From the sequence record NZ_CP104760.1: a stretch of DNA of 64,000 nt, one strand, 5' to 3'. Shown piece after piece: positions 59,623 to 64,000 of the stretch. Each line of letters opens with the position of its first letter. The stretch's first letter is position 1. The position numbers were made by a program, and so were the translations under genes. The notes beneath the pieces are model-generated. The model was given only the letters and a program-made list of their open reading frames with translations, did no database searches and had not been told where the DNA came from. The stretch comes from a plasmid.

Positions 59623-60692
59623 TCATTGCGGAGGTGCTCAGCAGCTTCCTGTCCACGCTCACCCTGTACTGAAAGATCGAGGTAGGTCTGCACGACGCCT
59701 GTTGTGAAAATGTCATCTGCCGGTTCGATAGTATCAAGGAATATTCCCGGATCATTAGGCATTGTAATCGTTACATTGGCACCCTTTGAAGTGGTGCTTA
59801 GCTTTAGACCGGTAAATAGCTTCTCCATGCCTTTTTCATCGGCATAGAAATAATGCATTCCTGTGCGGCCATAGGGGGATAGCCACTGGGCGGCAGAAAA
59901 TGAAGCCAGAACCGCATAACCCTGCACTTCATCACAACTTAATAATTTGCGCAACTGGGACTCCAGAGCACTCCCGTGCAGGGGGGTATAGAAGGTTTTT
60001 TTTGTTCCCGGTAATCGGCTATAGTTGTCACGCCACTCATTTACTAGCGCCGCTGGATTTTCCAACACAAGCCCTTCATCGCTGCTGATGGCCCATTCTC
60101 TTTCCAGCAAATTTTTACGCACGTTGCTTGCATGCCCCAGACTCACCATTCCTTCCTCTGACAGTTCGGAAACCTTCCAGGCGCGTAAGGGAGCGTTTAG
60201 CATCATTCGCAGTACCTGCGCTGACTTCGGGCTGAACATAGTGCGAAGACCACGTTTTTCAGGGGCTGGTTTCCCTGACATCTGATGATCGATATAAACT
60301 CCCCCAAACTGGATTCGCGCATTTCCCTCCATATCCATAAAAGAAATCTTATTATCCCGACAAATCTTGCGGGCATCAGGAGAGAGGTAAGGTGCGAGGA
60401 GTACAGGTGTCATGATGTCCTCTCTGCCGTACATATATGATCGAAGGCCGTTTACTGCGGAGCGAACGAATCGGGGTTGGCCACTATTCTTCGTTTCACA
60501 GGCAAGGGTATGGTCTTCTTTGCCTATCCGGACATTTATCAAGTAGTCAATACTTGCGTCTGTGCTAGGCCCATCACTCACCATTTTGACCCTCTCAATG
60601 ATAGGTACTTGTTCCAGAAGAGACTGCAGTTTCTGGATGTAGGCAAAGGATGGCTCATGTTTAAATTTCATTCTACTCTCATGTTTCATCAT
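59607..60692 (-). CDS. Putative AbiEi-like antitoxin / transcriptional autoregulator (long form, 361 aa)
   Basis: Called from its position immediately upstream of the NTase toxin gene and overlapping it, and from its palindrome-rich promoter. The sequence itself is not recognised with confidence. Confidence 0.4.
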   Translation of the reverse strand: MMKHESRMKFKHEPSFAYIQKLQSLLEQVPIIERVKMVSDGPSTDASIDYLINVRIGKEDHTLACETKNSGQPRFVRSAVNGLRSYMYGREDIMTPVLLAPYLSPDARKICRDNKISFMDMEGNARIQFGGVYIDHQMSGKPAPEKRGLRTMFSPKSAQVLRMMLNAPLRAWKVSELSEEGMVSLGHASNVRKNLLEREWAISSDEGLVLENPAALVNEWRDNYSRLPGTKKTFYTPLHGSALESQLRKLLSCDEVQGYAVLASFSAAQWLSPYGRTGMHYFYADEKGMEKLFTGLKLSTTSKGANVTITMPNDPGIFLDTIEPADDIFTTGVVQTYLDLSVQGERGQEAAEHLRNEWMNW

Positions 60693-60708
60693 TCGTTGAA
60701 GTACTAGA

Positions 60709-60816
60709 TTTCACTGAAAGTGCATTGATTTCGCCCTCAAACCATACCGAGCAAAAAAAGATTTTCACTGAAAAGCAACTTTCACCATTCGTTGAAACTA
60801 CCATTTTCAGTGAAAT
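60709..60816. promoter_or_regulatory. Three spaced copies of the palindrome TTTCA(C/G)TGAAA, plus the direct repeat CATTCGTTGAA(G/A) twice, in the promoter region of the putative abiEi gene
   Basis: Copies lie at 60709..60719 (tttcactgaaa), 60763..60775 (ttttcactgaaaa) and 60804..60816 (ttttcagtgaaat). CATTCGTTGAA occurs at 60689..60699 and 60786..60796. AbiEi antitoxins are known to autoregulate through inverted repeats in their own promoter. Confidence 0.45.
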
Positions 60817-61042
60817 TTGGCAATGATATGTGCGATGGTTAAAGAAGATGACCGTTGATAATAATGTCACCAGCTGGTTTCGCTTACATAGCGAAAGTTG
60901 GGCAGTCAATGTCCGCTATGAACGAAAAGCGGACACTAGGAATATGATTGTAAGCACTAGATGAAAGCGTCGCCTGACATCATGGCGTATTAGTTAACCG
61001 TGCGCAGGTCATCCCGGCCTGCGGACTAAGGTCCTATGAAAG

Positions 61043-64000
61043 CTACTGCTTGGCTATGTGAACCTCTGATGCTGTTACGCCCTCAGCAGTAGGAATAAGA
61101 GACCACAGGCGCGCATCAATGCCATCATTTTGCAGCTTGCGCATGAAATAGCGAGCCTGAAGGGCATCGTGCGTTGCTATTACTACCTGAAAACCATGAT
61201 CAACAATGTAATCCCGAAGTAAATCGAATACGGACGCTGCATGAACTAGGTCATGGTGTTGAGTCGGATCGTCCAGGAGCAGGCAGCGCCAAGAGGACCA
61301 CTGATGTTCAAGTGCCATTGAAAGCAGGAATGTCAGCTGCAAATCAGTCAGCTGCGCCTCGCTCGCGATAGCTGGTACCGGTACGGACTCGCCATGTAGT
61401 GACACAGAGACTTCAGCATGCTCCTTCCTGTATAAACTACGAAAATCAAGCTTAGTGCCAGTAAAGCGTTGCTCCCGGACGACGCGTTTTAATAATGACT
61501 GCCATCTGGGGATTACAGAGAGAACGTGTTTCTGCACGTTAGCTATTTCGGCAGACAGGCTGCGATTGAGCGTCTCCATCGCTCCGGATAACTTCTCCAA
61601 CTGTGCCTGGCTCAACTTTTCGTTCTCAATGCGCTGCTGAAGGGTCGTAGCAAACTCTTCCTCCGACAAGTCGCCTCGACGACGATCCATGAGTCCCTGC
61701 GCTAATCGTGTCTGTTCGAGCTTATTCCACGTACCAATTTCAATTTTGAGACTTTGTAGCTGTTCAGACCGGCGAGTAAGGTCAGCAGCAGAAGACTGCA
61801 ACTGGAGCTCTTTACTGTTAGCCACTTCGGGGGCAGGATCGCCGGCGAAATACAGTTGTCTCCAGGAGGCGCGTATTGTTGCCAGTTGAGCTTGAGCATC
61901 CGTAATCTGCCTCTGGAGTGCTGTTACCATGTTATCCGACTCGCTTAAGGTGGCCTGCTGGCGGTCCAGTGCGGATTGACCTGCAGCAATATTAGCGGCC
62001 AATTCACTGAGTTTGTTAGAGTTCCTGTTCTGAGCAATAGCTAATTCTGCCAGCGTTTTTGAAGGGGGTGTCTCTGCGATAATAGCCGCTAATGCAGCTG
62101 TTGACTGCTCAAGACTGGCCAGGGCCTGAGTCCGGCTCTGCCGGGATGTGTTCAGAGCACGCTCTGCAGTTTCGAAAGCTGCTTTGGATGCCTCTAGGGC
62201 ATCAGGTGCCGGTGGTCGGGCGAGGTTATTCTGTTTCTTGTCGAGCTGAAGCTTTGCTGCGGCATTTGACTCTACACGATGCTGGATAGATGCTTTAGCC
62301 TGTTCTACCGTATCGCCGTCGAGGAGAATATGCGTTTTGAGTTGATTAATATCTGCCGTCAGACGGGCTTCGTGGGATCTTAAGTTATCCCTTTTACTCT
62401 GGCACAATGTTAACTCAGTTTCGGCCTGCGTGACTGTTTCTGTGCATATGCGCAAGTAATCTGATGCTTTTTTGACGCGCTGTTCCGCTTCAATAACGTT
62501 GGGATCAATTACCTCTAGGGATTTGAGAATTCTTTTACGGAGTTCGATAGCACCGTGATCTACACGACAAAGAGGACAGTCTCCGCGATTGTCGGGTAAA
62601 TGGGCCGCAATGGATGCAACGGACTGCCTTATGGAATCTGCGGTTGAGGTTAACGTATCGTGAAGCTGCTTAGCATCCAGCACTTCTTTCTCAGCAGATG
62701 CCTTTGACAAAAAGGCATTACCAAGATGCACCTGGAGCACACCTTCCAGTGACTCTTGTTCTTTCAAAACAGCTGCATTGGTCGCAATCAGCTTAAGCGT
62801 TTCTTCCCAGCGGTTTATCAGCTGGTGTGCAGCGAGCAGATCGGCCTCTTCAGCTAGCAAAGCCTTACGCTGGTTGTTAATAAGGCCGTGTTCAACTCGG
62901 AGCTTTTCATTCCCCTCATGCAGGCTTCGGAAGGTCAAGGCCAAGGACTCAGCCTCTTTCACCCATTTATCAGCCGTTTCCAGTTGTTGCTTGTGCTGTT
63001 CGAGAACATCTTTTGTTTGCATTTCACTATTGAGTCGATGAAGCTGTTGTGCAATTGAATCACGCTCACCTTCCGCAATGACCATCTCCTGATGAAGCCG
63101 CCCGAATGCCTCAGTGACTTGTGTTCTTTCCTCCTGTTTTTGCGCCAGCACTTGGCGTGCGGCTAAAAGCTCCTTACCCAGCTGCTCGGAACGCGCCTGT
63201 TCTGAAACAAAGCGACCTATCAGCCCGTCAACTTCCACAAGCGCTGCAATTTTATCGCGCAATCTGTCCAGCTTAGTTTGTACTGTTAGCTCCAGTGCGC
63301 TATGCAGTGTTTCAAGGCTATCCAAGCCCACGGGGGGTACTAATAAGTCTAAAGGCAGTTGATCAGAGCTTTGCGTCTGACGGGCAATGTCGGAGATAGA
63401 CGCCGCAATGCTTTCTTTACTGCGCAAGACGCCCAGAGATTGGATTGACGCCATGTCCCGTTCAAGCACTAAGCTTTGCCATTCACCAAACTCGGCTTCG
63501 AGAGTAGCCAAAGTTCCTTTTGCTTGCTTCAGCTTGTCCGTCAGTACGCGGCGAATACTGCCAAGAGTCTGGCTGACTTGGGTGCTTTCTTTACCGATGG
63601 GCAACCGGGCCAGTTGTGCACCTGCCACTTTGGACTCTGCTTTTACAAGCCATTCCCCCTCGCGCTGATCCAGTAAATGGGTCAGTCGTAACAGAAAAGG
63701 AATGTCATCCATGTTCGTCCTCGGAAAAAGGGGGCTCAGGTCACCCGAGCGTTCTACTTTTCCTTGAATGTTCACCTGTGCGGAGGTCTGCACATCCCCG
63801 AAATCCAGGACAACCTTTGCTGTTGTCTGGCTGTCCCGAATGATGGGAGATAAATTCTTACCGAGGCGCAATATATTCCCAGTGAGGCTGAGTTCGATAG
63901 CCTCGAAGAACGCTGTTTTCCCTGTACCGTTGGGAGCCAGAAGAATTGTGGCCCCCTCGCTGAGCTCAATCCGGGTATCGGCACCGTACCGGCGGATGTT
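61043..64000 (-). CDS. SMC/SbcC(Rad50)-like ABC ATPase with a long coiled coil and a CxxC zinc hook; the 5' end runs off the window (at least 985 aa)
   Basis: On the minus strand at the window edge the frame reads ...ELSEGATILLAPNGTGKTAFFEAIELSLTG..., a Walker A motif, and is continuous with the listed 942-aa ORF. The coiled-coil region is several hundred residues long. A hook motif GDCPLCR sits mid-protein (about 62577..62588). The C-terminus has Walker B/D-loop CLLLDDPTQHHD and H-loop VVIATHD. The canonical LSGG signature is replaced by LTDLQLTFLL. The termini differ from housekeeping E. coli SbcC as I recall it. Confidence 0.7.
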   Translation of the reverse strand, partial: NIRRYGADTRIELSEGATILLAPNGTGKTAFFEAIELSLTGNILRLGKNLSPIIRDSQTTAKVVLDFGDVQTSAQVNIQGKVERSGDLSPLFPRTNMDDIPFLLRLTHLLDQREGEWLVKAESKVAGAQLARLPIGKESTQVSQTLGSIRRVLTDKLKQAKGTLATLEAEFGEWQSLVLERDMASIQSLGVLRSKESIAASISDIARQTQSSDQLPLDLLVPPVGLDSLETLHSALELTVQTKLDRLRDKIAALVEVDGLIGRFVSEQARSEQLGKELLAARQVLAQKQEERTQVTEAFGRLHQEMVIAEGERDSIAQQLHRLNSEMQTKDVLEQHKQQLETADKWVKEAESLALTFRSLHEGNEKLRVEHGLINNQRKALLAEEADLLAAHQLINRWEETLKLIATNAAVLKEQESLEGVLQVHLGNAFLSKASAEKEVLDAKQLHDTLTSTADSIRQSVASIAAHLPDNRGDCPLCRVDHGAIELRKRILKSLEVIDPNVIEAEQRVKKASDYLRICTETVTQAETELTLCQSKRDNLRSHEARLTADINQLKTHILLDGDTVEQAKASIQHRVESNAAAKLQLDKKQNNLARPPAPDALEASKAAFETAERALNTSRQSRTQALASLEQSTAALAAIIAETPPSKTLAELAIAQNRNSNKLSELAANIAAGQSALDRQQATLSESDNMVTALQRQITDAQAQLATIRASWRQLYFAGDPAPEVANSKELQLQSSAADLTRRSEQLQSLKIEIGTWNKLEQTRLAQGLMDRRRGDLSEEEFATTLQQRIENEKLSQAQLEKLSGAMETLNRSLSAEIANVQKHVLSVIPRWQSLLKRVVREQRFTGTKLDFRSLYRKEHAEVSVSLHGESVPVPAIASEAQLTDLQLTFLLSMALEHQWSSWRCLLLDDPTQHHDLVHAASVFDLLRDYIVDHGFQVVIATHDALQARYFMRKLQNDGIDARLWSLIPTAEGVTASEVHIAKQ

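Noticed and set aside
60679-60909. 76-aa minus-strand ORF covering the palindrome-rich abiEi promoter region
   Set aside because: It overlaps the repeated operator-like palindromes and has no RBS. The repeats explain the sequence better as regulatory DNA.
61043-64000. Possibility that the large ATPase is simply the housekeeping sbcC
   Set aside because: Both termini (N: ...LLAPNGTGKTAFFEAIELSL; C: ...LLLDDPTQHHD...IATHDALQARYF) differ from the E. coli SbcC termini as I recall them. The LSGG signature is degenerate and the gene sits in a lower-GC island next to an abortive-infection pair. Kept as SbcC-like rather than sbcC. Not fully excluded without a database search.
1-64000. CRISPR arrays, rRNA or tRNA genes
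   Set aside because: No run of regularly spaced identical direct repeats and no tRNA cloverleaf or rRNA-like conserved blocks were seen on reading the intergenic regions. The integrase remnant has no adjacent tRNA within the window.

Overview
This 64-kb window looks like an Enterobacteriaceae chromosome segment of about 55-58% GC (Enterobacter/Klebsiella/Kosakonia-like) carrying two lower-GC, apparently acquired blocks. Reading left to right it contains: (1) the 3' part of a PQQ glucose dehydrogenase gene (gcd); (2) a minus-strand operon with two solute-binding proteins, an amino-acid-type ABC transporter, a GNAT acetyltransferase and two flavin-dependent LLM monooxygenases, laid out like the Bacillus ytmI/tcyJKLMN organosulfur-scavenging cluster; (3) a complete aerobactin locus, iucABCD-iutA, with Fur boxes, a divergent shiF-like MFS gene and a ViuB-like siderophore reductase, bounded by AT-rich DNA; (4) a glucose-family PTS EIICB gene plus a LacI regulator with a perfect palindromic operator; (5) a HAAAP transporter and a membrane protein fused to an FNR-type flavin domain (ferric-reductase/NOX-like); (6) an IclR / MHS transporter / FAD oxidase / hydantoinase A+B module; (7) two divergent paralogous three-subunit membrane dehydrogenase operons (gamma subunit, GMC flavoprotein, tri-haem cytochrome c) in inverted orientation around a ZIP metal transporter, the first with a LacI regulator, sugar-porter MFS and TIM-barrel sugar isomerase; (8) a pit-ppk2 pair preceded by a Pho-box-like sequence; (9) from about 54.4 kb to the window end, a lower-GC island that begins with a frameshifted tyrosine-integrase remnant. 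This island carries an AT-rich cassette of unknown function (small TM/coiled-coil protein overlapping a 403-aa PcfJ-like protein, then a 5-TM membrane protein), an AbiEi/AbiEii-like pair with three palindromic operator repeats, and a large SMC/SbcC-like ATPase with a CxxC zinc hook whose 5' end runs off the window. The uncharacterised cassette in this apparent defence island is the best candidate for an undescribed system. No rRNA, tRNA or CRISPR arrays were recognised.
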